A DNA stretch of 63,181 nucleotides, filler included, from Reticulomyxa filosa (GCA_000512085.1; 13 parts of 13 records of this genome joined end to end with filler, not necessarily neighbours in it), one strand, 5' to 3'. Positions 29,604 to 43,583 are shown, counted from the whole stretch's first letter. Notes: a model not told the origin generated them from the sequence alone. Translations and numbers: made by a program.

Positions 29604-30394
29604 ATGGTCTTAATTTACTTGACGTTATGTTCATTAATTGCCCTGTGTTGGAGTCAAACTCAACCAGGTCCACAAATGGTCCGTTTGGCAGCAACAACAG
29701 ACGCAGCCTCAATGTATGTGCAGTGGTCATCGTACGACAGTTGCAGTGACGACTCTGACGCGTACGTAATGTATGGAATGTCAAAAGACAATCTGGACAT
29801 GCAGACACAAGGCATATGCTACAACTTTACGTACGGAAACCCAGACGGCTTGCACTACATCCATTTGGTGACATTGGCCGATCTGAAAGAGCGTACACTG
29901 TATTATTACCAAGTGAAATCTGGAGGGATAACGTTATCCGAAGTGTTTTATTTCACTACATTATCCAACGATCCCTCGTTTTTACCGAATATTATTTACT
30001 TTGGTGACCTGGGTCACAAAGGTGGAGAAACAGCACACCGGTTATTCACTGCTTTGCCAGCAATGATCGAAGAGATTCACAACCCTTCAAATAACCTCCC
30101 TGTCGATATGGTCATTCACGCAGGGGATTTTGCATACGATCTGCAAGATAATGGTGGTATCAATGGAGACGATTTCCAACGCTATGTTCAAAACATATCC
30201 GCCTATGTCCCATATATGGTTTGTTATAATTTTTTTTTTTTTTTTTTGTTATAACGAATGTTCTCTCCCTAGCCATAAAAACAAACACAAACAAACAAAC
30301 AAAGACTTGTGTGGGCAACCACGAACAATATGACAATTTTAGCAATTATCGCTATCGATTCCATATGCCAAGAAGTTTTTAAAATTTTTTGTTT
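29604..30394 (+). CDS. Purple acid phosphatase (ACP7/PAPL-like metallophosphoesterase), 5' part
   Basis: Signal peptide; FN3-like N-domain (YIHLVTLADLKERTLYYYQV); metal-binding motifs GDLG and GDFAYD; after an intron (about 30219-30304), CVGNHE. Truncated by the linker. Confidence 0.9.
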
Positions 30395-30494
30395 NNNNNN
30401 NNNNNNNNNNNNNNNNNNNNNNNNNNNNNNNNNNNNNNTTAATTAATTAANNNNNNNNNNNNNNNNNNNNNNNNNNNNNNNNNNNNNNNNNNNN

Positions 30495-30562
30495 TGGATT
30501 GACGATTTTAATTGTGATCATTTTGCGATATATTCTGTATATTTATTTATGTATCTATGTAC

Positions 30563-30596
<34 letters not shown>

Positions 30597-31340
30597 TTCT
30601 CTTCGGCTGTTTACATACAATATATATATATATATAACAACAACTTATAGTTAATATACTTCAAACCATTAAAAGTGTTCCAAGCACATTCCGCTTCTGT
30701 GAATAGTATACAATTTTCACCTGACGAAACCAAAATTGTTTCATCCTCGGATGATGGAACAATTAAAATATGGGATGTGGCATCTGGAAAAGAAATACAA
30801 GAATTGAGGGGACATTTAGATGGTGTTATTGATGCAAAATTTTCATCTGATGGAAGTATGATTGTATCATGTTCACGGGACAAAAGCATCAGACTCTGGA
30901 GTATGAAATCATGTACCGAAATAGGAAAAATGGAAAGTGATACATATGTAAAAAGCGCTTCATTCACATCGGATGGAAGGATAGTTTTGTTTGACTTCTG
31001 GAACAATACGATGGGAATATGGGATATGCAATCTGAAAAAGAGAGTGACAGATTACAAAAACATTCAAATTATGCAAATGCTTTGCACTCTTTTTTAAAT
31101 ATACAAGCTATGCCATCAGTAGACGATTGCACAATTAGAAAATATTTTCCAGATGGACAAACAATTGTGTTATGTTCAAATAATAAAACAATTCAATTGT
31201 GGGATGAAAAGTTAGATACTGAAAAACAGAAACTGATAGGACATACTGATATTATAACAGGTGTGGATATTTCATGATGGTAACATAATTGTCTCATCTT
31301 CTCGGGATAGAACTATTCGATTATGGGGGTTATTGTAGAC
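30495..31340 (+). pseudogene. WD40-repeat gene of a second subfamily, frameshifted near its 3' end
   Basis: HSASVNSIQFSPDETKIVSSSDDGTIKIWD and GHLDGVIDAKFSSDG...SRDKSIRLW. The last repeat breaks at ITGVDIS* and continues in another frame as DGNIIVSSSRDRTIRLWG. Confidence 0.75.
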
Positions 31341-34300
31341 CCACAATAAACATATTTTGCTATTGCTTTTTTGCTTTAAGCTATGCCAAATAATATTATT
31401 TAAAAGCACTTAAGAGTTGAATTAAGCAATAAATTTGAAATGCAGACAACAAAGTAAGGACAATTCTTTTAAGCAATAAATGCACTTTGAAGATAATGAG
31501 ATTGTATTTTTGTAATTCTTTATAAAAATTTTACTCAAACTAATAGTGAATTATTGTAGAAGAAACGCCAACAATGTAAGAATATTATTAAAAAAGGATG
31601 AATTTATGACTTTGATAAAATAATTTCTAAATATGTTAAGTTATTGAACAATATAATATTCAACTTATTCTAAAGCATTAAAAAACGAAAATTTTATATA
31701 GACATTCCGATTACATAATGAAAGAATGTATTTTGATCATAGCAGCAGAGTTGATAAACAATTAATGGTTCATGATATAATTACATTTAATACAATAATC
31801 AAGTGTAATGTATAAAAAAGAGGATATTCCAGATAGGCATTGTCTTCATTTAATGATTGATGTTTTACAATGTTAAGCCAAATTTAATTATTTGTAATTC
31901 TTTGTTATCTGTATGTGCAAAAATGAGAAATGATTTTTGTATTGATGTTAATATAATTTCAAGGATTACGAATTGAAAAACGTATTTGTTGTTGTAAAAA
32001 AATTTGTTATCATTTCGGTGCGTAAATTAACCTTAAAAACTGGAGCAAAAATTGTTTATATGGCTTAGCATGGGAATGATTTATAGTCTTTTATTCGCAC
32101 AGGTGATAAAATTTACAAAAATATTTCAAATCCAAAGATATTTTTTTAATAACATGTTTGGGCTTTCAAAAAGGCCTAAGCGAGCATAAAAAGTCTTTTC
32201 TTATCAATATTTCTATTTCAATTTGAAATACTAATTGAAAAACTTTGTTATATTTTTCATCAATCGAAGTTAGCACACATAAATACCTTCAGTACGACAA
32301 GTTTTAATTTTATATAACTGCAAAAAATCAAAAATACAAATACTACAATCTAAAAACAAAGCGTTCAAATTGTAAATACTGTTAAGCACATAAAAAAAAT
32401 TTAAACTATATTTTTAAAACGAATTAAAAAAAAGCAATCCATATTTCGCTTGCGCAACCAAATAAAGTCTACATTTAATAATTGTGTTGACAAACTGAAC
32501 ATTTTCTTTTTCAAAATTGGCAAAAAAAAAATTTATTTGTAAAAACAATCCTTATTATGACCAACGATAAATTATTATCATCAAAAAAAAAAAAATCATT
32601 TATAAACAACAAACGACATAATCAACACGCAAACAATATTTAATTAAAAACAATTCATAGTAATCAAAAATAACAGCAACACCAATCACACTGTCATTAC
32701 AAATGTTAATAATTATATATTAAAAAAAAGGAAAAAAAAATGAAAAAGTAAAAGTTTCTATCCGGCGTCGTTCTATGACATCGGATAAAAAATATTACTT
32801 TTGCTTTTTTGTCTTTTTTCCTTTTCTTGATCCGGGACGAAAATCTAGCTATATCAGTATAAGGGGGTCACTTAAGAAATTCTTAATGCTCCTTCCATCA
32901 CACTGAACCTAGGAAATTTTAGAAAGCATACGATATTTTTTGCTTCAAAGACTTTCTGCAACGTACACTAGTCAACAGTGTTAGTGCGTTGTGAAAACTA
33001 ACAAACGTTTTTCTGTAAACATACAATTGATCACACAAGCAATAAACTCTTGAAACTTCAAGGAAAAACTAATTTTTATTTTTTCAACTTTAATTTTAAA
33101 AAAACTTTCCTTAATAGAAAGATTAGAAAATTTTTTTGACTGAATAATATTGCGAAGATGGATCAATTATCTTTTTTAAACAAATTTTGGAAAAATTTAA
33201 GATTGTTTTTATTTTGTTCCCATACGAAAGGGGCTGGAAATTGATATTGTGTGCATGAGACTTATAAAAAATGTACGTCTTGTGCGTTTCTGTATGAACC
33301 AATCAATTCAAAGAAAAAAACATTTGCTAATGCAATGAGTTTTTTCTCTTTTTGAGATATACTTTGTTTCTCGTACATAAATAAGTCTAAAATAAAACTT
33401 TTGAATAGAAATTACTTTTCTTAAAAGAAAACCAAGTGTATTTTCCTTTATTGTTAATTATTGCTGTGCAATTTGGTAAAAGAAACGTTTTTTTGAAAAA
33501 CCACCACAAAAGCAAGACAAACTTTGGTTCACATATTTGTGCGCTCGCATAACTTGTTTTTTTAAAAGATCGACTGACAAGGAAAAGATGCAGCAACTTC
33601 TGACTCAATGTTTGTGTTTAGAGCAGTATAGTTCAACCGGATTGTTTGCTGTTTGTTTGAAATTACAGCAGACCTAAAAAGGTTCACACTGCCACTGTTT
33701 GGTTTATTTCAACATTAAATAATGCCAATAATTTTAAAATTGAAAAATAAAATATATTTTAAGTAAATCAAAATTTTGAAGAAAATGAAATAATTCACTC
33801 GCAACAATAACTTCCTATTGATACTTTCGGATCAAATAATCTTTTTGTGCGGATTTACTAATTATTTAGAAATATGTAAAACAATTAAACGTACATAGCA
33901 AGTTAGACAAAGAGACAATATGATGAAACATTAAATATTAATAAAAATAATTAAATTTGTATAACAAAGCAAACCTTCATCACATTTTATTGTATATTTT
34001 CCACAGCTCTAGCAAAAAATTTTCTAAACTAAGATAGAATTTCGTAATAATAATTTGTCAGTCTATTTTTGATTTAAAGGATTCACCGTCTTTTTTAAAT
34101 CAAACATAATTGTTTGAAAAAAAAAAGTTTAAAACTATTTATAAGACATAATTAGTGGCATAATTCACATTTACTTATGTAATTCAAATTAAAATATTCC
34201 ATATTTCATAATCTTTATGAAAAAAAACCAATATAATCAAACTTGATCAAGACCGAAACAGTTTTAAAAAATAGGCCAAAAAAGGGAAAATCGAAAAATA

Positions 34301-36770
34301 AAAATTCAGAAGAGGCGGCGCCNNNNNNNNNNNNNNNNNNNNNNNNNNNNNNNNNNNNNNNNNNNNTTAATTAATTAANNNNNNNNNNNNNNNNNNNNNN
34401 NNNNNNNNNNNNNNNNNNNNNNAGTCAATTAGGATCATACTCTGACTCATATATATGTGACAATTTTTCTATAAGGGATGATATATGTATATATACTTGC
34501 TTTTGATATTAAATGTGAAATACTATGGAAAAGAATGGCACGTGAAAAGTGGAAAAATTGTCAGTTGGAAAACTATGGATATTCTTGGAAGAGGCTCTAT
34601 CTAGAAAAGCATGTTCAAGTATTATAATAATATTATTATTTTCTTCAAAACAAAAGTCCAATTGAAATTATTTAATAAAATTAAATGAAAGTGTAGCTCC
34701 ATTCGTAATAACATTGCTATTCATGAATTACCGTTACAAATTGATTTATTATCATTTACATTTTTTTCAGTAATTTAATCAGTTTAGACTCATATATAAA
34801 ATTCTTTATAACGACGATATCACAAAAAAATAATATTAAAACAAATGATATTATGCAATATCAACTACTAGTGGAACGGTGGGATCCCTGATGGGTTAAA
34901 ACCCTCTTCACAACACAACTCACTTTTTCATGTTGAATTATTTGTTCTTAATTTACTTTATTTTACTGAAATTGGTTTCTTGGAACTAAGTCCCTTTCGT
35001 ATTATACTTAGTCTTCTCACTATACCTACAATATATATGTGTATTTGGGATGTACATCAATAGAAATGAATAGTCCATCATTAAGTCTTTGGAGAAACAG
35101 TCATTTAAATGAATTAAATCAAAAGCACAAGCAGCCATATCATGTCACAAATAAAACAAGGCTTAAAATGACAAAGCCAATTCGCTTATTCTTTTAGATC
35201 TAAGGTTTTGTCAGAGATATCAAAAAATTCTTACTTGTTAAATAAGCAAAAAATATAAACAATGAATTACATCAATAATATTTATCAGCAACAATTGAAA
35301 CACATTTAAAAGCTTTATTTGACAAGTTTCCGCTGAAAACGAAAATACATTGAGCAAGTATAATTGTTCCAAAAAGTTCGCGTGAAAACTATATAACACA
35401 ATGAAGTATTTTCTTTCTGTTAAGAGAAACTGGTTTCCGTTACGTTGATACATTGCATAAATCCACGGCATTTGTTTACATACAAAATATACGCATGCAT
35501 AAAAAAATGATTTTTCTTTTTTTTTTGGTCAATGCTAAAATCACAATTATTGACATGTTCAAATTTAAATCGTTATTATGCTTTCAATAATCCTTTTAAA
35601 AAGATATAACAAAATTTTTATTCATGTTGTAATAAATAAATATACACATTCGTTAACGTATAAACAAATGATAAAATCTTTTCAGCACTAAACTACAATT
35701 TTCCACTAATTACACAATGATTGCATAAAAAACATAATACTCAAGCGTTTGTAAATGTTTCAGGTATACAATAGCTCCGCTTGTGATTACTCTTTTTTGT
35801 AGTATCTTTATTGTTTCAAATCTTATATCGTAATATTTACTGAATACAAAAGGATAATAGTAATAATAGAGTCATACGTAAATAGCAAATAAATGATATC
35901 CGTAAAAACCACTGAAATTGCCACTTAAAAAGCAATATATACAAACAGTGATAAAAACGCACAAATAGCCAAACAAAAAAAAACATGAAGAACTCATGTT
36001 CCAGAAGAAAAAGTCATACCATGTGAATGATATTAACAAGAAGGATATCATCACAGTGATGCATGACAATGCGTCGACATGTCCACCGAGCTCAACTAAT
36101 ATTATTTTTTCACTTCCTTTTTTTTTTTTTTTAATACTTTGTGGGTGTTATTGCATTTGCTCTCATTACAAACCATCTCATTCATTCGCATATTCACATA
36201 TTGCAAATTCATCAAATGTGTTCCAAGAGTATTGTCTCAAATTGGACATAATTCCATGTTAGTTTTGACGCATTGATGTCTCGTGGCATGACCATACTTA
36301 ATCAATTCAATCTATTTTTGAACAATCNNNNNNNNNNNNNNNNNNNNNNNNNNNNNNNNNNNNNNNNNNNNTTAATTAATTAANNNNNNNNNNNNNNNNN
36401 NNNNNNNNNNNNNNNNNNNNNNNNNNNAGACCTACTTTTGCAAAAAAACATTTTTTTTATAATGCAAACACATAAAATGTTGGACCGTTTTTATTGCACA
36501 CTAGTCCAAAATGTACAGTTTTTTTTTTTTTTAAGCCCGAAAAGTGCTTTTGTTAAAAAAGTATTCGTCGTGATATAACACTTTTTTAAATTAAAAAGAT
36601 GCTATATGTGTAATCTAGCCATAAGCAATTTTGAGAAAATTTGCCAAAAAAATCTTTTTATGTAAGGACCAGACTTGACAAATCATCATTAAAAAAATTT
36701 AATTTTTTGACTTATGCATCATCTTAAAAAAAAAAAACAGGATCGAAACATTTGTTTGATGACGTAGAAG

Positions 36771-37010
36771 AAACTTTTGTGCACTAGTCAAACTTTTGTG
36801 CATTAGTCATTTTTGTGAATAAGCAAAATTTTGTAAAATTTTGTAACATTATTAAATTTTTGTTCATATAAGTCAAATTTGTGAATTAGTCAATTTTGAC
36901 ATTAGATAAATTTTTGTCATTAGCAAAAATTTCATACGTTAGACATTTCATGCATCAGCCAAATTTGTGCATTAGTCAAATTTTTTATCATTGGTCAATT
37001 CTGTTCATCA
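36771..37010. repeat. Degenerate tandem array with a 17-20-bp unit (consensus about AAATTTTGTGCATTAGTC)
   Basis: AAACTTTTGTGCACTAGTC, AAACTTTTGTGCATTAGTC, AAATTTGTGAATTAGTC, AAATTTGTGCATTAGTC and others; roughly a dozen head-to-tail units. Confidence 0.7.
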
Positions 37011-37589
37011 ACTATATTTATCATACAGAAATATTTTTTAAAAAAGTTATTTTTGCTTTGAAAACTCGTATATTTTTTATCAAGAAAGTATTTTTTTTTT
37101 TAATAAAATCTTTGGTACTAAAATTCGTGTCAGTCTTTCAAAAAAGCCACAAAAGGCCTCCAAATAAATAAATAAAAAAATTTCAAAAACGTTCTAACGT
37201 TCTCACGTTCTCCCCCCCCCCCTACGCAAGAAAGATAAAAATAATAACGGCCAAAAAAAAAAAAAAAAAGAAGCATACTCAAAATAATATTAAAAAATTT
37301 TATATTATAGTCCGTAAGCTACACATACGTTCACTTTACGCGACCAGCGACGTTTTCCTTTCCAAGGTCACTAATGTATCAATTCAGCCTTTCTTCTCAT
37401 CATCGCCGTCGGCACATCATATCACAGGAAGCCTTTGATGAAGAAAAAAAAAAAGAATTAAATTGATAAAAAAATACAATCTAACACAANNNNNNNNNNN
37501 NNNNNNNNNNNNNNNNNNNNNNNNNNNNNNNNNTTAATTAATTAANNNNNNNNNNNNNNNNNNNNNNNNNNNNNNNNNNNNNNNNNNNN

Positions 37590-40500
37590 ATAATTGTCAC
37601 CTTTTTTTTTTACTTCTGTCTTAACGATTGTTGTTATAAAAAAAAGATTGTAAAACAAGAAAAAACAAACCAGAGGGCCTTTGTTGATATCTTTGGTTCA
37701 ACATGTCATACAAACTTTCATAAATATCGTTAAGATTGTTCAAAACGACAGTTTTGCCAGTGTCCATGCAGTCGATTATTTTATTCAAATGATTATAATT
37801 TGTGATGTTAGAATAGATATCGTGAGGAAAGCACCTCCCAAACAAAAAGATGTGGTCATAATTTAAAATGCCATAGTCCAAAAGCAACTGCCAAGAATAG
37901 TGTTCTTCACTAATAACCATACAATGTCGATACATTTGTAACGAGTTGTTGTCGAGAATTGCCTTTCTTGTGACATTGCTTTGAACACAACGCACGGGGG
38001 TCCAGAGTTTGAACTGTTCCGAAATATCTAAATATTGCATGTTTAATACTTCCACTAAAATCTTTCGCAATTGCTCGCTCGACTTGCTTTTCTCAAAGCC
38101 GCCAAAATTGCGGAGATATCCTTCTAAGGACGTTGACTGAGCTTTATTGATGGACTGATGCTTGACTAACGCGTAAAAGTCGCGTATTCCAAAAAAGTGT
38201 TTGTTGCCATTGGGTTTGAACGCATTTGTTTTGTGTTGAGTAATTTTCTCGTAAATCTGGACCAATTTTTCAATGTCTTTGATAAAGGAAGGGTTTTTGT
38301 GTTTGTCGACTTTGCCAAAAATAGACTTGGCTGTGTCTTCCAAGTCCTTACGACTCATGGCGGGTATGGAATGCATGACCATGCGATTCATCTTCGCGGC
38401 GTCCAAGGTCCAATTGGAGATACCAACGAATGCAATTTTGGGGTGTTCCAACAATTGGTGTAATATTTTCAAAGGGTTGTAATTCGATTGCTCTGCCAAA
38501 CCTATTTCGTCGAATAACAACATTGTCATCATTGTTTTGTTGCTAATGTATCTTTCTGCTTTGTCCCATGTCTCTTTAATCGCACTTGGCTTGCAGTTCC
38601 TAGTGCATTGGAATGACACGCAATGCAATGGCTTCACGCAAAATTGGAAACTGTTTCTTTTCAATTTTTGATGGAAATTTTGGATATTGTGATATGATAG
38701 CGTTTTTAACATAATTTGCAAAGACAACGTTTTGGAGGTACCAGGCTGTCCGACCAATATCAATGGAGTTGTCGTGACAATGCAAAAAAATAATACAAAA
38801 ATATTTTCTTTTAAAATAGTATGAAATGCTACTTGAGGCAGCTCTTCAAAGCATTCTGATAAACGGGCTATTTCTTCATTCACCATATCTGAAAAGAGTG
38901 GTTTGCGTGAAGAAGATATCAGTTGGCTATAATCTTTTCGTTGTGTTTCGCTCAATCGAAAATAATAACTTAAACTCAGTGCAATGTTCAATGCTCTTTC
39001 TGTCCATGATACTTTTGTTTTCGCTGCCACATTTTCTTGTTGCATTAGCCAATAGAAAAATTTCAAACATCTGCTCACGTCACGTAAAGAAACAATTGCT
39101 TCGTTGGCTAGGACTTTGTGTAAAAATTGTTGTGATTTTGAAATGTTTTCTGCAATTACTGTCTCCCACCGCTCAATCTCTTTGTAAGCGATGCTTGTAG
39201 GGTCAAAATTCTCTTTCATTTGCTTGGTCATTGCCCAAATGTATTGCTTTTCATCCAACAGGGACAATTGACCAAAAGGCCAAATATACTCTTTCATTGT
39301 ATCACACAATGGAAATACTCGGTAGACCCATTGATTCAAGGGATCATCTGTGTTTATGTGTTTATTCACTTTTACTTGTACTTTTCGTTGACGATAGGGG
39401 TTGCATGCTGCTATCACTTTTATTTGGGAACTGATTTTCACACCGTCAAGACTATGATCACAAATCAATTCCTTGAACCAGCCAATGTCTGGAGACGTGT
39501 TTACTTCATCTAAGAACAGCCACAGGTCTTGGCCGTTGGCAAGCACTTGATCGGAACAGTCTTTTATCACTTTACGAATCTCATCTCTCCCAAATCCCCC
39601 GTGGACATCAATTGCATTCAGTTTTACATTAGCTGCATGTCCCAAGCACTTGATCAAAGACGTTTTGCCACATCCGGTTTCGCCCATCAAAATAACAGGA
39701 AAATTAGTGCGGATTTTCAAAAAAATGGCAATCATTTTCAGGATGTTATCAAATGTTAACACGTAATTTGACCATTCGTCTCTCTCACACAAAGTGTCCA
39801 CAATTTCGTCATGAAGACGTGCTGTTTTAACAACCTTGTTTTCTTCATCTTTCTTTTCTTCCTTTTTTTCGTTCTTGTCCTGTTCATTTTTGGCCTCTCT
39901 TTCTTTTCGATTGTTTAGTGCCTCTTTGTATTGAGTTCCCAAAATGCGGAACAAAACTTGCAATCTTTTTTTTTTTTCGCTTTTCATTTCCGACGATTTT
40001 ATTCTTTCCTGTTTTTTTTTTTTTTAAAAAACAACAAAGACAAGGAAGTGCATATATGTATCACAAAATGAATTACGTATACACATGAGCAACAAACCTG
40101 GAGAATCAGCTCCTTGCTTTTCAAGTCTTGTTGCCAATCGAACAAACAAAAGCCTTGGTCTTTCAAAGCTTTTAGTTTATCTTCGGGCACTTTTTTCATG
40201 TCACTAAGCAAGATGGAAATACTCTCTGAAAGAAAGCAGACAAAAATAGTGTTAGCTTTGATACACACACACAAACAAACAAATATTATAAATAATAGAT
40301 TGTTGTTGATTTAATGTACCTCCGTCTTGATTAACCAAGAAACAAGCATCATTGGAACAATGCCACTTTTTGCATAAATAAAACTCTTCTTGGCCAGTGC
40401 TTTCGATTTTCATACTCTTTTCGTTCGAACTGAGTTTAATGTCGTCGTATTGGCGTTTGCACAATACTTTAGCCATGTCAATTATCGATTTCGTAATGTC

Positions 40501-40781
40501 GTGCTTCCATTGGAACAGATTGTTTTTATCTACCTTCAAATATTCATTTCGTAGCAACGGCGATTCTGCCAGCGGCTTGAACTGTTGATACAAGTACACG
40601 AAAAAAGAGCACTGATGCAAGGGATTGGATTCGCTGATCTCTTCAAAATGACTTTTCATACATTTCTTCATTTCCTCTTCCCCGATGTTGGGCATTTCGA
40701 GAGGATTCGGATCTTTTTTTCTTTTTCCAAGAGAAGAGAGAAGCACATAAACACAGTATGCACATTTTTTTTTTTTTTTTT
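37590..40781 (-). CDS. RNF213/mysterin-like dynein-related AAA+ ATPase, internal fragment (multi-exon)
   Basis: YVLTFDNILKM...PVILMGETGCGKT (Walker A), LFLDEVNT (Walker B), IAACNPYR, YRVFPL, VSLRDVSR; second module VGQPGTSKT and LFDEIGLAE.S..NPLKILH.LLE; FVGISNWTLDAAKMNR; FFGIRDFYALVK; YESLYDMLNQRY. This is the motif order characteristic of the RNF213 AAA core. Confidence 0.88.
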
Positions 40782-40881
40782 NNNNNNNNNNNNNNNNNNN
40801 NNNNNNNNNNNNNNNNNNNNNNNNNTTAATTAATTAANNNNNNNNNNNNNNNNNNNNNNNNNNNNNNNNNNNNNNNNNNNN

Positions 40882-41450
40882 GGGGGGGGTAAGAATGAGA
40901 TTTAAAAAAAAAAAGTCGATAATAAAACAATAAACAACTAAACTCTCCAGTCATCAAGAATTCCCATTGAAAATTGGTCACTCTCTTCAGCAGTTGGATT
41001 GAATCAGAAAAACACTCTTCTTCAACTGCTTCGTCATCTTCTAACGTTGCCAGATTATTCAATTGTACTATTTCGTTATATGACTGCAGCAATTGCTTAT
41101 ATGAACTTTTTTTTTATCATATGCACATCCCCCCCCCCAGGCATACACATCAAAAGAATATTCATATGATAAAATTCGATAAGAGGAGTTTATAGACATT
41201 GCCTCGCCTCTCCTCCTTCTTTTTTTTTTTTAAAAAAAAAAAACAAAACTTGACTTGTTTCACCAAATTAACATGCTCACGAGTAAGCTTAAGCCCTTTT
41301 GTTTCGTCTTCCCACAAAGTGGGGTCCGTTAGTGCGGTGTCAAGTTCGACTATTCGTTCTTCCTTAAAGGATATCTCTCCTCTTTCTTCACAAAACTTCA
41401 ATTTTTGTTTTATCTGCTCCATGTTACCTTTATTTGTTCCCCCGCAATAA
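40882..41450 (-). CDS. Hypothetical spliced gene fragment
   Basis: Two coding-like exons (MEQIKQKLKFCEERG...VNLVKQ; QLLQSYNEIVQLNNLATLEDD...WEFLMT) separated by intron-like sequence. No recognisable domain. Confidence 0.35.
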
Positions 41451-42243
41451 TGTCATCATAATAAAATAACTTCAAAATGTAAAACAAAGAGTAAAATCAA
41501 GAAATCAACCACAAAAAATCCAGAAATTTCTTGACATATCTTCCCTCTCTGTTATTAACTTTGAAATTGTGCCTTTTGTTCATGCTTGAGCAATTTGGGT
41601 ATTGCTTGCTGGGCAGAACTTTGTGAATATCGCTGTTGCATATTTTGAGCTATTATATAACTTCGACCTAGTTGTGCAGCACGTAGCCATTGCCAGCAAC
41701 GGAGTCTTGAAGCACAAACTGCACCACACTTCTTCGAGTACGCAAACGTGCTGTGCATTGTTGTAGAATGATCAGGAAATAAAAATGCTGCCTCTTTTTT
41801 TGGTGTGGATTAAAAATTATTAAACTTAATTTTTTAACAAACCGTTGATAATCCCATGCCTTTATTCTGTTTTTCTTTTGTTTCCCCGTTTTTCCCCTTC
41901 ACTAGGCACGCGTCTTCAACTGCATAATATTTTCTTATGGACCCATTTCAAAGCAAGTGACTCTTGAAATCCTTTTTTAACTTAATTGATTTGATTGTGG
42001 ATGTCTCACAAGCCTTCGGGTTTAAGCCACTCAAGTGACACAGAAAAAGACTAAAAAATAAAGCCTTGATCATGACTTTCAAGAAATGAATAAACGCCAA
42101 AATTACATTAAAATTTTATGAGTTTAGCGTTCAGGAAGAAAAGTCGCGTTCGAAAAGAGGATCAGACCAAAAAAATCAAAATGGATTTTAATTGGCAGTT
42201 GATTTGAATCGAACCAAACAGGAATAATGAGATCACAAGCGAA

Positions 42244-43583
42244 ATGAATACATTGCATTTGCGTGGTCTGTTATGTTTTTTGGCATTGTTTTTGATGGTG
42301 ATGGTTCATCTAGGAAGTTACCAGTGGGCCAGCAGTAACCTAGAAATGTCACAGCACCAATCGAGAGAATGGGACTGTAAAAACTCGAGCAATGGCCAAA
42401 AGCCACAACTGCATCTTGTAAGTGTTTATATAGGAGCAGAGACAAACAAAGACGAGAGGAATGAAGCAAAGAAGAAAAAAGAACTTTGCCTAGCATTATG
42501 GATACAAAACATACTGTGGAGAGCGAAAGAGAAGAAAGAAGGAGAAAACGCAAATATGTGTGAAAAAAAAACAACCAATGAGATTGAATATTTGGACGAA
42601 TGGAAAGTGGAAACAAGTGTAGAAAGCAAAACAATGAATAAAAGCAAAACATTGGTTGTAGGCAATGATATATTGGCATTACCGGGACAACAATTATGGA
42701 AATTATTTATTGTATATTCGTATGCAAAGCAAATAGTGGAGAGATCATCTGACCCAATAATGTGGTGATAATGTATGGAGATGGATTTGATTTATTTTAC
42801 TTGTCACAAAAGCAGCAAATTTTGGAATCCTTTTTGGCCATGAATATCACTGATCAGGTGCTGTTCACAGCAGAGTATCAATGTTATCCATTGAGTCGAA
42901 TCCAAGATATGAAACATTTATGTAGAAGTGCAGTGCACATTTTTTGGTCTGAATATATGAAGCGCAATCACAGTGGCAAAATTCCAGCCACTACCAGAAA
43001 TGAGAGTTTGAATCATCCTGAGTCAAATTTATATCATCCCTTTTGGCTCAATGGTGGTGGATTTATTGGATTTGCCAAACCGTTGTATGAAATGTTATCA
43101 ATTGTGATTCGTGCTATTCAATCTAATGCTACTGATTTATGGCAGTTTTCCAGTGACAAAATTCATTTCAAACCTTTGAATGATCAAGGACTATTGAATT
43201 ATTTGTGGTTGCTCAATAATACCGATCATCCTTTTTCCATTCGGAAATACATTCGTTTGGATTACTGGTGCCAGTTGTGGCAGACAATGGGACCTCCTTT
43301 CGCTGATGGAGATAGTTATCATCGTGTCCAAATTAATGCAACTAATACACAATTAATAGTCCGGAATCGATGGTCCGAAAATAATAGTTATGTACATGTG
43401 CTGCATTTAAATGGATGGGGCAAAAATGGTCGAGTTCAATCCGGGTTCAAACGAAAATTTGATAACATATTTTTCTCAAAACAAGTCCCCCCTAACTGCA
43501 ATCTATCTGTTTCACTTGGTCAAACCACACAACAATTTGGACAAATATGCTACTTTCCCGATGTTGATTTTCCTTGCAAATGA
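42244..43583 (+). CDS. PLOD (procollagen lysyl hydroxylase) GT-domain-like glycosyltransferase, type II membrane protein, with one apparent frameshift
   Basis: N-terminal TM helix; VIMYGDGFD, VLFTAEYQCYP, WLNGGGFIGFA, NDQ, IRLDYWCQLWQTM and VLHLNGWGK match the PLOD GT-A motif series. ORFs 42244-42768 and 42762-43583 fuse if one base is added near 42755. Confidence 0.75.

Noticed and set aside
32759-32850. Hairpin TATCCGGCGTC...GACATCGGATA with a downstream CTAG as a Helitron 3' end
   Set aside because: The hairpin is too far from CTAG, the following base is not T, and there is no second copy in the window.
36771-37010. CRISPR array
   Set aside because: Units are head-to-tail with no unique spacers, in a eukaryotic context.
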